Assembly (NCBI GenBank): GCA_030271615.1
Contig: JARXKP010000001.1
Location: forward strand, 5,743-69,742
Direction of reading: 5' to 3'
Source: Pseudomonadota bacterium
GTDB taxonomy: Bacteria; Pseudomonadota; Gammaproteobacteria; Burkholderiales; Burkholderiaceae_C
Length of the DNA: 64,000 nt
Below the pieces are notes generated by a model. That model was given only the letters and a program-made list of their open reading frames with translations, was not told the origin of the DNA and ran no database searches. Made by a program: the position numbers and the translations under genes. Positions 49,065 to 58,620 of the stretch are shown here, piece by piece. Within the stretch, counting starts at the first letter, position 1; each line of letters starts with the position of its first letter.

Positions 49065-50645
49065 TCAGCGGGCGTCTCTAGCCTGCTGCAGCAACGCATT
49101 CAGTTGCTCATGATTGGCTTGTACAAACGCCTCCAGCGCCGCGTCCGATGCGGCCACAGTCTCGCCGTCGGCATAAAGCACGATTGCCGCGCCCTCGTCG
49201 CCGCGGCCTTTCATCCGCGCAAGCCCTCCCTGAATCTTGGCCGCCGCATCGCCGGCGATGAATCGACCGTCGATCCAGTAGACGCGCCAGACGACCAGAT
49301 GCGGCCGGCGCTCGGTGCTGGACTGCGACTTCCCGAGGATTTCTGCGGTGTTGAAGCTGACCGTCTGCGGCCCCACGGCCACATCCTTTCTCCCGCCGAC
49401 CATCAGGTTCCAGTCGTCGCTCCTCATCGGCACGAGAACGTTGGTCGAGCTGACCAATTTTCGGTCATCGCTCTGATTGCGGTAGTAGGCCAGGTGCAAT
49501 CCCACGGTGCCGGCCGGACCCGCGTAGGCCTGCGCCGCTTCAGCGGATGGGTTGATGAATATCGGTGCCCACGAGACGATCTGCGCCCCTTCAGCAGACC
49601 AGCCATTCGCCAGTTGTGCGGGCAGCTGGAGCGTTGCTTCGGCTGCGGCACCTTCGGCCCGCTCCAGACCGACCAGCGCAATGCGCGGCAGCATGGCGAT
49701 CAAGGTACCGGCCAGCACCATGGCGACCGTTCGACCGACAAGGACAGGCGGCACATCGGCCCATCGGGAAACCGGCACGGATGTGCGTTCGCCTGCTGGC
49801 GTGTCGTCGGGCTCGGCCCAACGTGCGCCGATCAAGAACATCATGAAAATGATCACGCCGAAGAAGACCCAGCCGTAGAGCACGTGATCCACACCGGTCG
49901 CGAGCCTGTTGCCGGAAAAGTGGGCGAGCATCACGATCAGATAGGCGCGCAGCCAGTTGGCCAGCACTGGCATCAACAGCGAGGTCAGCATGAACACGGC
50001 ACGCCGCGTGTACGACCGGTAGTTAAGGTAGGCAAACAGCGTCCCCACCATGAAAGACGCCATCAGGTAACGCACACCGCTGCATTCGTCGATCACCGAC
50101 CAGCTGCCACTGGGAATGATGAATTGCTGCCCCTCGCGGTAAACCGGCACCCCTGACGCCTGCAGTGCAGACACGGTGAAGTCCGCAGTCAAATGCATCA
50201 TGGTGGGCACGACGAACTCGCCAAACGGCACCGCGAAGAACATGAACAACAGCGGAAACAGAATCGCCAACGCCACTTCGAAACCGAGCACGAGCGGAAC
50301 CGCCAGCAGCAGCATCGTTACCAGTGCGAACTGCGAAGCAACTCCGACGATCACCAGATCGGACAGCAGCCAGATCGCAGCGGTCACCAGAATAGGCAGC
50401 AGCATCCACGGCTGCGGCCGAGGCGTCAACGCAGCCAGCCGGTCGCGCTGCCGCCACACCAGCCACAGGACGATGGGAAGCACCAGCAAGCAATGAGCGA
50501 AGGTCTCGGAGCGCCACCAGATGCCCACCATGACCGCTGCCGTATCGCGATACAGCAGCAGAATGGCGGCCACCAGCAGCAGAAATGCAGGCAGCGCGGT
50601 TCGCCAAGGCGAAGCAACGCGGAAGTCGGCGGGCACGGCACTCAT
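49065..50645 (-). CDS. xrtA: exosortase A (XrtA/EpsH) fused to EpsI-family domain
   Basis: 526 aa. 8-TM exosortase core with catalytic-Cys motif IDECSGVRYL and the ANWLRAY..HFSGN..GVDHVLYGW blocks. C-terminal ~220-aa periplasmic EpsI-like domain after a further TM. Confidence 0.85.
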   Translation of the reverse strand: MSAVPADFRVASPWRTALPAFLLLVAAILLLYRDTAAVMVGIWWRSETFAHCLLVLPIVLWLVWRQRDRLAALTPRPQPWMLLPILVTAAIWLLSDLVIVGVASQFALVTMLLLAVPLVLGFEVALAILFPLLFMFFAVPFGEFVVPTMMHLTADFTVSALQASGVPVYREGQQFIIPSGSWSVIDECSGVRYLMASFMVGTLFAYLNYRSYTRRAVFMLTSLLMPVLANWLRAYLIVMLAHFSGNRLATGVDHVLYGWVFFGVIIFMMFLIGARWAEPDDTPAGERTSVPVSRWADVPPVLVGRTVAMVLAGTLIAMLPRIALVGLERAEGAAAEATLQLPAQLANGWSAEGAQIVSWAPIFINPSAEAAQAYAGPAGTVGLHLAYYRNQSDDRKLVSSTNVLVPMRSDDWNLMVGGRKDVAVGPQTVSFNTAEILGKSQSSTERRPHLVVWRVYWIDGRFIAGDAAAKIQGGLARMKGRGDEGAAIVLYADGETVAASDAALEAFVQANHEQLNALLQQARDAR

Positions 50646-50664
50646 CGTCTTGATTCCCTTCGAC

Positions 50665-51882
50665 TCAAGCCGCCAGCGGCTGGTCTGTGCACAGTGGTGT
50701 CAGATGACGATCGAAGGCCGACAAGTGCGCTTCCCAGCTGTAATCGCGCTGCACGCGACGGCGGCCGGCCTCACCCATGGATGCGGCGCGCGCCGGCTCC
50801 CGAAGCAGCGCATCCACCTCGCGGACGAAACCGTCGGCGTCCTCGGCGCAAATCAGCTCGCTTCCACGCTGGGCCGTGATGGCATCGGCGCATTCACGCG
50901 CGGCCACCACCGGTCGGCCCATGGCCATGGCTTCGAGGATCTTGTTCTGGATGCCACGTGCCAATCGCAGCGGCGCGACCACCACGGCCGCGTGCTGCAG
51001 GTACGGGCGCATGTCGGGCACGGTGCCAGTGACGTTGATGGCAGGGCCGGCCAGTGCACGTACCGTGGGAGTCGGGTTTCGGCCGGCGATATGCAGGCGC
51101 AACGTCGGCCAACGGGCCCGAAGCCGCGGAAGGATCTCGCTGGCGAACCACGTCACGGCATCGATGTTGGGCCAGTAGTCCATGGCGCCGCTGAAGACCA
51201 GAGGCAGTTCATCGTTTGCAAAGGGTGACTCACGCTGGGGATCCGGAGCAAAGTAATCGGCGTCCACACCGTTGCACATCGCTTCGCAGTTGCCGGCACT
51301 TTCAGGCGCCATGCTGCGGAAGAGCTCAGTTTCCTTTTCTGTCACGAAGAAGGACCTTGTTGCCCGTGAAGCAAGCGTCCGTTCGTAGGCGAGCAACTCT
51401 CGACCTTCGCGCTGGTACAGCCACGACATCGGCCAACGATGATGCGCGGCATATTCGGTCCACTTGGCCGAGTCGACATCGACGAAATCCACCAGCATCG
51501 GCAAGCCTGTCCCGTCCGCGTACTGAGCCATCGACGACGAGAAGATCACAGCGGCGTCGATGCGCTCACTGCGCACCGTGTCTCGCACCCAGTGTTGAAG
51601 CGCGGCATCGCGGTAGTAGCGCAGCGTGAGCGCTTCGCCGCCCATCAGGCCCACCAGACTGGCGATTCGAGCGCGTGCAGGATGCAGTCGCGTGACATGC
51701 AGCTCCGCGCACAGTGCGCGCAGCGTATCAACATGGGCTTCGTCCTCCGGGTCATCGACAAATGTCCCGACGAACACACGATGCCGTGCGACCAAGTGCT
51801 TCAGCAGGTGATACGAGCGCACCTTGTCACCCTTGTTCGGCGGGTATGGCAGGCGATGCACCAGGTACAAGAGGTTGGCCAT
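50665..51882 (-). CDS. PEP-CTERM/XrtA system glycosyltransferase (TIGR03087-like)
   Basis: MANLLYLVHRLPYPPNKGDKVRSYHLLKHL N-terminus is characteristic. ARGIQNKILEAMAMGRPVVA. Confidence 0.8.
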   Translation of the reverse strand: MANLLYLVHRLPYPPNKGDKVRSYHLLKHLVARHRVFVGTFVDDPEDEAHVDTLRALCAELHVTRLHPARARIASLVGLMGGEALTLRYYRDAALQHWVRDTVRSERIDAAVIFSSSMAQYADGTGLPMLVDFVDVDSAKWTEYAAHHRWPMSWLYQREGRELLAYERTLASRATRSFFVTEKETELFRSMAPESAGNCEAMCNGVDADYFAPDPQRESPFANDELPLVFSGAMDYWPNIDAVTWFASEILPRLRARWPTLRLHIAGRNPTPTVRALAGPAINVTGTVPDMRPYLQHAAVVVAPLRLARGIQNKILEAMAMGRPVVAARECADAITAQRGSELICAEDADGFVREVDALLREPARAASMGEAGRRRVQRDYSWEAHLSAFDRHLTPLCTDQPLAA

Positions 51883-51885
51883 CGC

Positions 51886-52923
51886 TCACCCGAGATTGCG
51901 AACGACGTAAGGACCGAGCCAGTTGGCCATGCCGATCGGCATGCGGCGCCAAGCTTCGATCATCAGACGGAACTTGGCGTTGGCCGGATTGTTTTGAGGC
52001 ACGGCATCGCGCTTGTACAGGCAGTACTCGTAGTGCAGCGGCGCCGGCTCGAAACCCCAGTTCTTCTTGAAAGAATACGAGCCTGTTCCCTGCTTGCTTC
52101 GTCCGTAATCGAACACCTTAATGCCACGCGAGCAAGACAGTCGCATCAGCTCCCAGTACTTGAAATCGTTTGCCGCGAGTTCGCGGGCCGACTCGTCGTC
52201 ACCAGCGTAATAGGGAAGCACTTCGTCGCGAAAGTAGAAGCTCAGCACGCTGCTCAGGGCACGTCCATCAGGTGCGCTGACGGTGAGCACACTGCAGTCT
52301 TCTCCGAATTGCGCCTGAAGTGCCTGGAAATAGCGTTTCGGCAGCGCTGGTGTGCCATGGCGATGGACGTTGTCCGCATACAGCGCAAAGAACCGATCGA
52401 CATCTGAATCGATGTCGCTGCGCAGGCCGTTCTTGATGCCCTTGCGTACCATCGCCCGCTGCTTGCGCGGGATGGCCAGCATGTTGGCTTCCTCCTCGGG
52501 GAAGATTTCCCTGCGGAAGGTCACATAGAGATCTTGTTGCGGCCAGTCTTCGTGCCTTGCATTCACGTTTCGAAATTCGAGGTGATCGACGCCGAGACGC
52601 TGCGCGATCCGCTGCGCCTCGTCCTCGAGTGCACTCGCGACTGCGACTTCAGTTGCTGCCACACCACCGTAGACAGCGAAAGGAAGGCTGACCAGGGAAT
52701 TGCCGAAGAGCATTGACTTGACATGAGCCAGTGGGAGAACGCCATCGATGACACCGTCGGTTTCGGAAAACAGGAAATAGGTGTCGTGGCGAAACACCGC
52801 ACTCATGATCTGCTGCCATCCTGCACGATGGAAGAACGTGGCGCTCGGGCATGACATGACGAACCGGTCCCATCGCAACGCGGTGGCCGCATCGTGCAAC
52901 GACAGAAGTTTTATGCTTGGCAC
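51886..52923 (-). CDS. FemAB family XrtA/PEP-CTERM system-associated protein
   Basis: ..WDRFVMSCPSATFFHRAGWQ.., DFKYWELMRLSCSRGIKVFDYGRSK. GTG 52923 gives ~345 aa. The track ATG 52998 would overlap the upstream gene by 88 nt. Confidence 0.7.
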   Translation of the reverse strand: MPSIKLLSLHDAATALRWDRFVMSCPSATFFHRAGWQQIMSAVFRHDTYFLFSETDGVIDGVLPLAHVKSMLFGNSLVSLPFAVYGGVAATEVAVASALEDEAQRIAQRLGVDHLEFRNVNARHEDWPQQDLYVTFRREIFPEEEANMLAIPRKQRAMVRKGIKNGLRSDIDSDVDRFFALYADNVHRHGTPALPKRYFQALQAQFGEDCSVLTVSAPDGRALSSVLSFYFRDEVLPYYAGDDESARELAANDFKYWELMRLSCSRGIKVFDYGRSKQGTGSYSFKKNWGFEPAPLHYEYCLYKRDAVPQNNPANAKFRLMIEAWRRMPIGMANWLGPYVVRNLG

Positions 52924-53822
52924 GGGCTGGACATCGTCGGTGGGTTGGCGGCCCACGGCGTGGCGCGGTTCAAGAAGATGTGATCCATTCGTCCCCATTG
53001 AAAGTCGCGCAGCAGGCAGTGCAGACGTTGCTCCATTCGATCGATGTTCACGTAATGGCGAAAGCGAGTCTTGCTGTCAATGCCAGCGATGCGCGGCTGA
53101 CTGCTGTCGATTTCCCACGGATGGAAGTAGAAGATGGCGGATTGAGCCTCGCGTGAATTGACCCTTCGCAGCATCCAGCGCGACATGGCATAGGGGAGCA
53201 GCCTGAAATACCCGCCGCCACTGGCAGGCAGGTTGCGCCCGAACATGGGCAGGGTGGTGATCGGGACTTCTATCAATGTGTCGTTGACTCGATGTGCGAA
53301 GCGCGGTGCATCGGGCATGCCGTAATGGTCGTGCTGAATGGGATAGATGCTTGAGCTGTAACGGTAGCCTGCACGCGCCAAACAGTCGAACGCCCACAGA
53401 TTTCGGGTGCCGATGGAAAAGCTCGGTGCGCGGTAGCCCGTGACAGCGGCTCCACACAGATCCTCGAGGATTTTCTTGGCGCTCTCGATATCCGACTTGA
53501 AGTCTGCCTCATGGAGATCGGTCACGCGCTGGTGTCCGTAGCCATGACTGGCCACTTCGTGACCTTGGTCCGCAATCCGACGAATCAGTTGCGGGTAGCG
53601 CTCAGCGATCCACCCGAGCGTAAAGAACGTTGCCTGGGTATTGTGTTGATCCAGCATCGAGAGGATGCGGTCCACATTTCGTTCGATCCGGCACTCTCGC
53701 CCGTCCCAATCGTCGCGCGCGATGTACGGGGCGAATGCGGAGACTTGGAAGTAGTCCTCGACGTCGATCGTCAGGGCGTTGCAGATTGAGGCGCCCCGGC
53801 TCGCAGCGGGCGAATGCATCAC
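52911..53822 (-). CDS. XrtA system polysaccharide deacetylase (CE4 family, PEP-CTERM locus subfamily)
   Basis: NALTIDVEDYFQVSAF, ATFFTLGWIAERYPQLIRRIADQGHEVASHGYGH, GYRAPSFSI. Start overlaps the wecB stop (ATGA). Confidence 0.8.
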   Translation of the reverse strand: MMHSPAASRGASICNALTIDVEDYFQVSAFAPYIARDDWDGRECRIERNVDRILSMLDQHNTQATFFTLGWIAERYPQLIRRIADQGHEVASHGYGHQRVTDLHEADFKSDIESAKKILEDLCGAAVTGYRAPSFSIGTRNLWAFDCLARAGYRYSSSIYPIQHDHYGMPDAPRFAHRVNDTLIEVPITTLPMFGRNLPASGGGYFRLLPYAMSRWMLRRVNSREAQSAIFYFHPWEIDSSQPRIAGIDSKTRFRHYVNIDRMEQRLHCLLRDFQWGRMDHIFLNRATPWAANPPTMSSPCQA

Positions 53823-54982
53823 CGATCCTCAACCGATGGTCGCAACCAACGCCACAGGTCGCTTGCGATGCGATCGGCTGCATGGCCATCCCACAATTCG
53901 GGCACACGCCCGCGTTTGCCTCGCCCGCTCAGGATCTCCGCAACACCTTGCAGGATCGCCTGACGGTCCGTGCCTACCAGCGTGTTGGTTCCCTGTTCGA
54001 TGGTGATAGGCCGCTCGGTATTCGACCGCAGTGTCAGACACGGAACACCGAGCGCTGTGGTCTCTTCCTGCAAGCCACCGGAATCGGTCAGAACCACGGT
54101 CGCGCCGGACATCAAGCCGAGCATCTCGAGATAGCCCTGCGGCGGCAGCAACAGCAGACACGCGGGGTCGATCAGGTGGCCGAGTCCAAGTTTCTCGATG
54201 TTGCTGCGAGTGCGCGGGTGCAATGCAAAAACCAGTGGCAGATCCTTTGCTACTTCGCCCAAGACGCCAAGCAATGCACTCAGAGTCTGCGGATCGTCGA
54301 CATTCGAGGGTCGGTGCAGTGTGACCACGCCGTAGCCCCGTGGATGGTCGATAACAGCGGGATCCATATCGTGCAGGCGCAAAGTGTCTGCAGCACTGCG
54401 CGCGCTTTTTCGGTTCGCCAACAACGAATCGATCATCACGTTGCCACAGAAACTCACGCGTTCTGCAGAGATGCCTTCCGCGAGCAAATTGGCCTCGGCG
54501 CTGCGTTCGGTGGTGTAGAGGCGATCGGCGATCTGATCGGTGACGACCCGATTGATCTCTTCAGGCATTTGACGGTCGTAGCTGCGCAGGCCGGCTTCGA
54601 CGTGAGCGACAGGCACGCCTTTCTTGACCGCCACTAGCGTGCAGGCCAGCGTAGAATTCACGTCACCGACCACCACCACACAGGACGGTCGATGCGCATC
54701 CAATGCAGGCTCGAAGCGTCGCATGACCTCGGCAGTTTGAACTGCGTGGCTGCCAGACCCTACATCGAGATTGATATCGGGAATGGGCAATCCCAGGTCG
54801 GTGAACAAACGCCCGCTCATGTCCTGGTCGTAATGCTGCCCCGTATGAACAAGCAACGAGGGCAAAGGCGGAACATGATTCGCCAGTGCGCGCAGGATCG
54901 GCGCCATCTTCATGAAGTTCGGACGAGCGCCGACGACGCACATGATGGGGCCCATGCCCACGACTGCGAGCGGTTCTGTCAT
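53819..54982 (-). CDS. wecB: UDP-N-acetylglucosamine 2-epimerase (non-hydrolysing)
   Basis: VVGARPNFMKMAPI, HTGQHYD, HVEAGLRSYD, HRPSNVD, TDSGGLQEE. Confidence 0.85.
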   Translation of the reverse strand: MTEPLAVVGMGPIMCVVGARPNFMKMAPILRALANHVPPLPSLLVHTGQHYDQDMSGRLFTDLGLPIPDINLDVGSGSHAVQTAEVMRRFEPALDAHRPSCVVVVGDVNSTLACTLVAVKKGVPVAHVEAGLRSYDRQMPEEINRVVTDQIADRLYTTERSAEANLLAEGISAERVSFCGNVMIDSLLANRKSARSAADTLRLHDMDPAVIDHPRGYGVVTLHRPSNVDDPQTLSALLGVLGEVAKDLPLVFALHPRTRSNIEKLGLGHLIDPACLLLLPPQGYLEMLGLMSGATVVLTDSGGLQEETTALGVPCLTLRSNTERPITIEQGTNTLVGTDRQAILQGVAEILSGRGKRGRVPELWDGHAADRIASDLWRWLRPSVEDR

Positions 54983-56094
54983 ACGCTGCGTTCGTCGGAA
55001 ATCGACTTGATCGAACTGCCGGGACTGACTGCGCCGACCAGCTTTTGCAGCAACCCCAGGATTTGAACGTTTTGCCGTTCAAGCCGAAGGATGCTTCTCT
55101 CCACTCGCTGCAATTGGTCAAGGCGTTGCTCCGCAACCAGCGTCGCCAACTGCCCTGACATCGCCTGAGTTGTTTCTGGCTCCAGCTTGAGTCTGGACAG
55201 ATCGACATCCTGCGGGACATCCGAGACAAAGGTCTGCAGCACCGCACTCACACCACCAGCGGTGATTTGCTTGACGGGCACGGCCGATTCTTCCGCTGTC
55301 TCACGCACCACATCTTCGACGTCGCCACGAGTCAAGTGAGTTTTTTCTGACAGGAAGCCGAGCAGCAACAGCCGATCACAAAGCGAATTGATGCGGCGCG
55401 GAATACCGTTGGTGGCTTTGTAGATCGCGTCGAAGGCCGCATCTTCGAAGCTCGGTTGGCCAGTCGAGCCGGCACACGCGAGCCGATGCGCGATGTAGCG
55501 CTGGGTTTCTTCGGCATCCAGCGGCCCGATGTGGCAAGTGGCGGCGACACGTTGTCTGAACTGCTCCATCTCGGGGCGCTGCAAGATTTCGCGAAACTCA
55601 GGCTGCCCCACCATGAAGCTCTGCAACAGCGCCTGATTTCCAAACTGGAAATTGGAAAGCATGCGCAGCTCTTCGACGGCTTGGGGTGTCAGGTTCTGCG
55701 CTTCATCGACGATCAGCAAGCAGCGCTTGCCCTGTGTGGTCTGGCTCACCAGAAACGCTTCGAGCGTGATCAGCAGTTCAGCCTTCGAAACATCCTTGAC
55801 ATGGAAGCCGAATGCGGCACCGACCATTCGAAGCGTGTCTTCGGCGCCGAGCTGCGTGGTGACCAAGTGCCCGATCACCACATCGCTGCCGTGCAGACCA
55901 TCGATCAGGCTGCGCAGGATCGTCGTCTTTCCGGCGCCAATCTCCCCGGTGATGACGACAAAGCCTTCGTGGCGCGAGACACCGTATTCGAGATAGGCCT
56001 TGGCTCGACTGTGCTGCTTGCTGCCAAAGTAGAAACTGGGATCGGGGTTGAGTTGGAACGGCTTGCTTGTCAACCCATAGAACGCTTCATACAT
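54979..56094 (-). CDS. XrtA/PEP-CTERM system-associated ATPase (ExeA-like AAA)
   Basis: MYEAFYGLTSKPFQLNPDPSFYF.., Walker A GEIGAGKTT, Walker B LLIVDEAQNL. Confidence 0.8.
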   Translation of the reverse strand: MYEAFYGLTSKPFQLNPDPSFYFGSKQHSRAKAYLEYGVSRHEGFVVITGEIGAGKTTILRSLIDGLHGSDVVIGHLVTTQLGAEDTLRMVGAAFGFHVKDVSKAELLITLEAFLVSQTTQGKRCLLIVDEAQNLTPQAVEELRMLSNFQFGNQALLQSFMVGQPEFREILQRPEMEQFRQRVAATCHIGPLDAEETQRYIAHRLACAGSTGQPSFEDAAFDAIYKATNGIPRRINSLCDRLLLLGFLSEKTHLTRGDVEDVVRETAEESAVPVKQITAGGVSAVLQTFVSDVPQDVDLSRLKLEPETTQAMSGQLATLVAEQRLDQLQRVERSILRLERQNVQILGLLQKLVGAVSPGSSIKSISDERSV

Positions 56095-56096
56095 GG

Positions 56097-57614
56097 CTAG
56101 AACTTCACTCTCAAGTTTGCGACCAGAGCGCTTTCGTTGTACGGGTTGGTAGAGCTGCCAAACAGGCTCCTGCGTGCTGAAAGCGACAGGTCAACCGATG
56201 GGCTCAAACGATTTGTCCAGGTGGTGGTCAGCGAACGGAGATCCGTGTTGCGGTTACCAACGCTCCCACGAGAATTGGTCAGCGAAAAATCAGCACTGAG
56301 GGCTTGCTGTGGTGTCAAACGATGAGACGCGTTGATGCTGAAGCCACGCTGGTAGACAGTGTTGCCGTTCGACAAGTCACCTGCCCCTGATGCAGTTGGA
56401 TCAACGGCCCGCGACTGACCGCGGAATGCTGAAAACAGGAGCGTACTGCGCAAGCCGAGCAAGGCGACGGACACGTTCATGTGTCGCTGAACCGAGGCCG
56501 TAGAAGTGAGTAGCCCGCCGTTCGCCAGTGTCGTGCGGGTCAATCCGTTGTTCTGCAAGAACGCGTCAACGAGCGCAGCACGCTGAACCGGATCGGGCGC
56601 TATCGACGCGAACTGCGCAAACAACAGATCAAAGACCGTTCGTTGGTTCGCAGAACCAGCTGTCAACGGTGAGGTATTCACGTCTTGCCCGTTGGCGAAA
56701 GTCCACACTGAACGCTGAGACCGATGCTCGAAGCGAATGTTATAGGCGTTTCCAAAGAAGCGATGGTCACGAGTCGCATCCAATCGGGTACGTTCGGACG
56801 GTGCCCAGCTGCCCCCCCAGCCCCAGGTGTTGTATTGCTGGGAGCCCACCGACGCCAGGTCGTTGCTCTCGCGGCCAGCCCGAGCCGACAGCTGAATTTC
56901 GTGGGTCACCGTGTACAGCAAGGTCCCATTCAAACTGTCGTTCTTGCGGCTACCTCTGTTACCGAACTCGGACGTTTGATGGGAGTAATCCGCAGACCAA
57001 CCGAAGTGCGCAAAGGTAGCCGCGTCAGAACTGACTCGCAGTGAGGTTGTCTGGCTTGTGGAGTCAGCACTGGAGTGCTGACTGCTCGTTGAGGACAACG
57101 ACCATCGCGCTTCGTAGTTCGCAAATCCACCCAACCGCCCGCGAACATACGGAGCTATCTGATAGGTGAATACCTCGGACCGATTGGAATCGATCAAAGC
57201 GGTGTCTGACGACCTCGTGCCAAAAGCCGAAGTGCTTTGTTGGGAGACGCTGGCATTGGCCTCGACGTAAGCCCAGTTGTCTACGGCCTCAAACGTGCCC
57301 TGGGCACGCAGCGCTTGTTGAACCTCATCGGACGAAGACTCGCGCGCATAGACCAACCCTCGCAGCGTGTAATCGAAGGATCCTTTGAGGCGACCCGAGT
57401 TGCTGCTCAGGCGAATCTGGGGAGCGATTTCAGTGATGAGATCGGAGCGTGGGTTGGCGCTCTGCATTCGCACGTTATTCGTCAAGGTTTCACGAAGAGT
57501 CACTGACGGCTCCAACGAAAAACCCGGGCGCGAGTTGGTCGACTGAGCCTCCTGCGCGTGGGCGGCAAAGGCCGCCAACCCAAGAGCGCCTACCAACTTC
57601 GGCAACATCCTCAT
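56097..57614 (-). CDS. PEP-CTERM system-associated outer-membrane beta-barrel protein (TIGR03016-like)
   Basis: Signal peptide MRMLPKLVGALGLAAFAAHA|QEA. Ser/Thr/Asn-rich alternating strands. C-terminal ..LVANLRVKF. The track ORF (to 57854) overlaps the upstream gene, so the start is taken at 57614. Confidence 0.7.
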   Translation of the reverse strand: MRMLPKLVGALGLAAFAAHAQEAQSTNSRPGFSLEPSVTLRETLTNNVRMQSANPRSDLITEIAPQIRLSSNSGRLKGSFDYTLRGLVYARESSSDEVQQALRAQGTFEAVDNWAYVEANASVSQQSTSAFGTRSSDTALIDSNRSEVFTYQIAPYVRGRLGGFANYEARWSLSSTSSQHSSADSTSQTTSLRVSSDAATFAHFGWSADYSHQTSEFGNRGSRKNDSLNGTLLYTVTHEIQLSARAGRESNDLASVGSQQYNTWGWGGSWAPSERTRLDATRDHRFFGNAYNIRFEHRSQRSVWTFANGQDVNTSPLTAGSANQRTVFDLLFAQFASIAPDPVQRAALVDAFLQNNGLTRTTLANGGLLTSTASVQRHMNVSVALLGLRSTLLFSAFRGQSRAVDPTASGAGDLSNGNTVYQRGFSINASHRLTPQQALSADFSLTNSRGSVGNRNTDLRSLTTTWTNRLSPSVDLSLSARRSLFGSSTNPYNESALVANLRVKF

Positions 57615-57675
57615 CCCGAAACAGATGGGCGAAAGCTCGTGTTCTGACTGAACCAGCAGCCGTCCGTGCAACGCA

Positions 57676-58620
57676 TCAAGCCGTTGGTTTGCCACTTGGC
57701 GTCCCGTAGCCGTATCCATAGCCGTAGCCGTAGCCACCCTCAGAGGCGCCCCGAACCTTGTTGAGAAGCAGACTGATATGAGAGCAACTCTTGATGGTCG
57801 AAAGCGCGTGTTGCACATCGGATTGCAAGGTCTTTTCAGCTTGAACAACCACAAGTACCTGGCCCATTTGCGTGGCGAGCACCCGCGCTTCTGTCGTGAG
57901 CAACAGAGGCGGGGAATCGAAGATGATGATTCGATCCGGATATCGCTGCGCCATGTCGTCGAGCAGAGCGCGCATCGCGTCGCTGGCTAACAGTTCGGTA
58001 GCCTTCGGATGCGGAGTGCCACTTGGCAGAATCGTCAGCTTGTCAATGTTGGTTTTCAACAAGACGCTCTGCATGTCGGTATTGCCTTCAAGCAAGTCCA
58101 ACAGGCCAGGCCCAGGCGGTAGACCCAACATGCGCAACACCGATGGCCGGGCAACATCGGCGTCCACCAGCATCACCGTGTTGTCGAGCTCCATAGCGAT
58201 GCTCATCGCCAAATTAACGGAGCTGAAACTCTTGCCCTCCCCTGCCAGAGAACTGGTGACCATGATCAGATTGCGGTGCTTCAGGCCACTCTCGCCCTGT
58301 CCCTTCACGTTCGCAAGGAGCGGACGTTTGATGAGCCGGAATTGATCCGCGAGGAACGACCTCGGCGAGTTGGGAGTGACGATGCCGGCGGCACTCAGCG
58401 AGTCAAGGTCGAGAGTCACATGTTTCGACGTCTGCCCCACCGACTGAACTCGATGATCGATTGGCTTCTTGTCAGCCGGGGTCACGCTGCTCGACGGAGC
58501 AAGCGAAGGCTCAGCAGAAGAAATTGCAGCAGGCAACCTCTCGGGAACCTCCGCGCCCGCACGGCGCAGTTGTTCCAAACGGAGTGCGGCTTGTTCAATC
58601 AAACTGGCCATCCGAGTCAC
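57676..58620 (-). CDS. XrtA-associated tyrosine autokinase (BY-kinase catalytic protein, EpsG-like)
   Basis: Walker A SSLAGEGKS, Walker A' MLVDADVARP, Walker B IIIFDSPP. C-terminal Tyr cluster GGYGYGYGYGYG. Confidence 0.8.
   Translation of the reverse strand: MTRMASLIEQAALRLEQLRRAGAEVPERLPAAISSAEPSLAPSSSVTPADKKPIDHRVQSVGQTSKHVTLDLDSLSAAGIVTPNSPRSFLADQFRLIKRPLLANVKGQGESGLKHRNLIMVTSSLAGEGKSFSSVNLAMSIAMELDNTVMLVDADVARPSVLRMLGLPPGPGLLDLLEGNTDMQSVLLKTNIDKLTILPSGTPHPKATELLASDAMRALLDDMAQRYPDRIIIFDSPPLLLTTEARVLATQMGQVLVVVQAEKTLQSDVQHALSTIKSCSHISLLLNKVRGASEGGYGYGYGYGYGTPSGKPTA
57704..57733 (-). repeat. imperfect hexanucleotide repeat encoding the (YG)5 tail of the tyrosine kinase
   Basis: Plus strand reads CCGTAG CCGTAT CCATAG CCGTAG CCGTAG, which is the minus-strand coding for YGYGYGYGYG. 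Confidence 0.8.
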
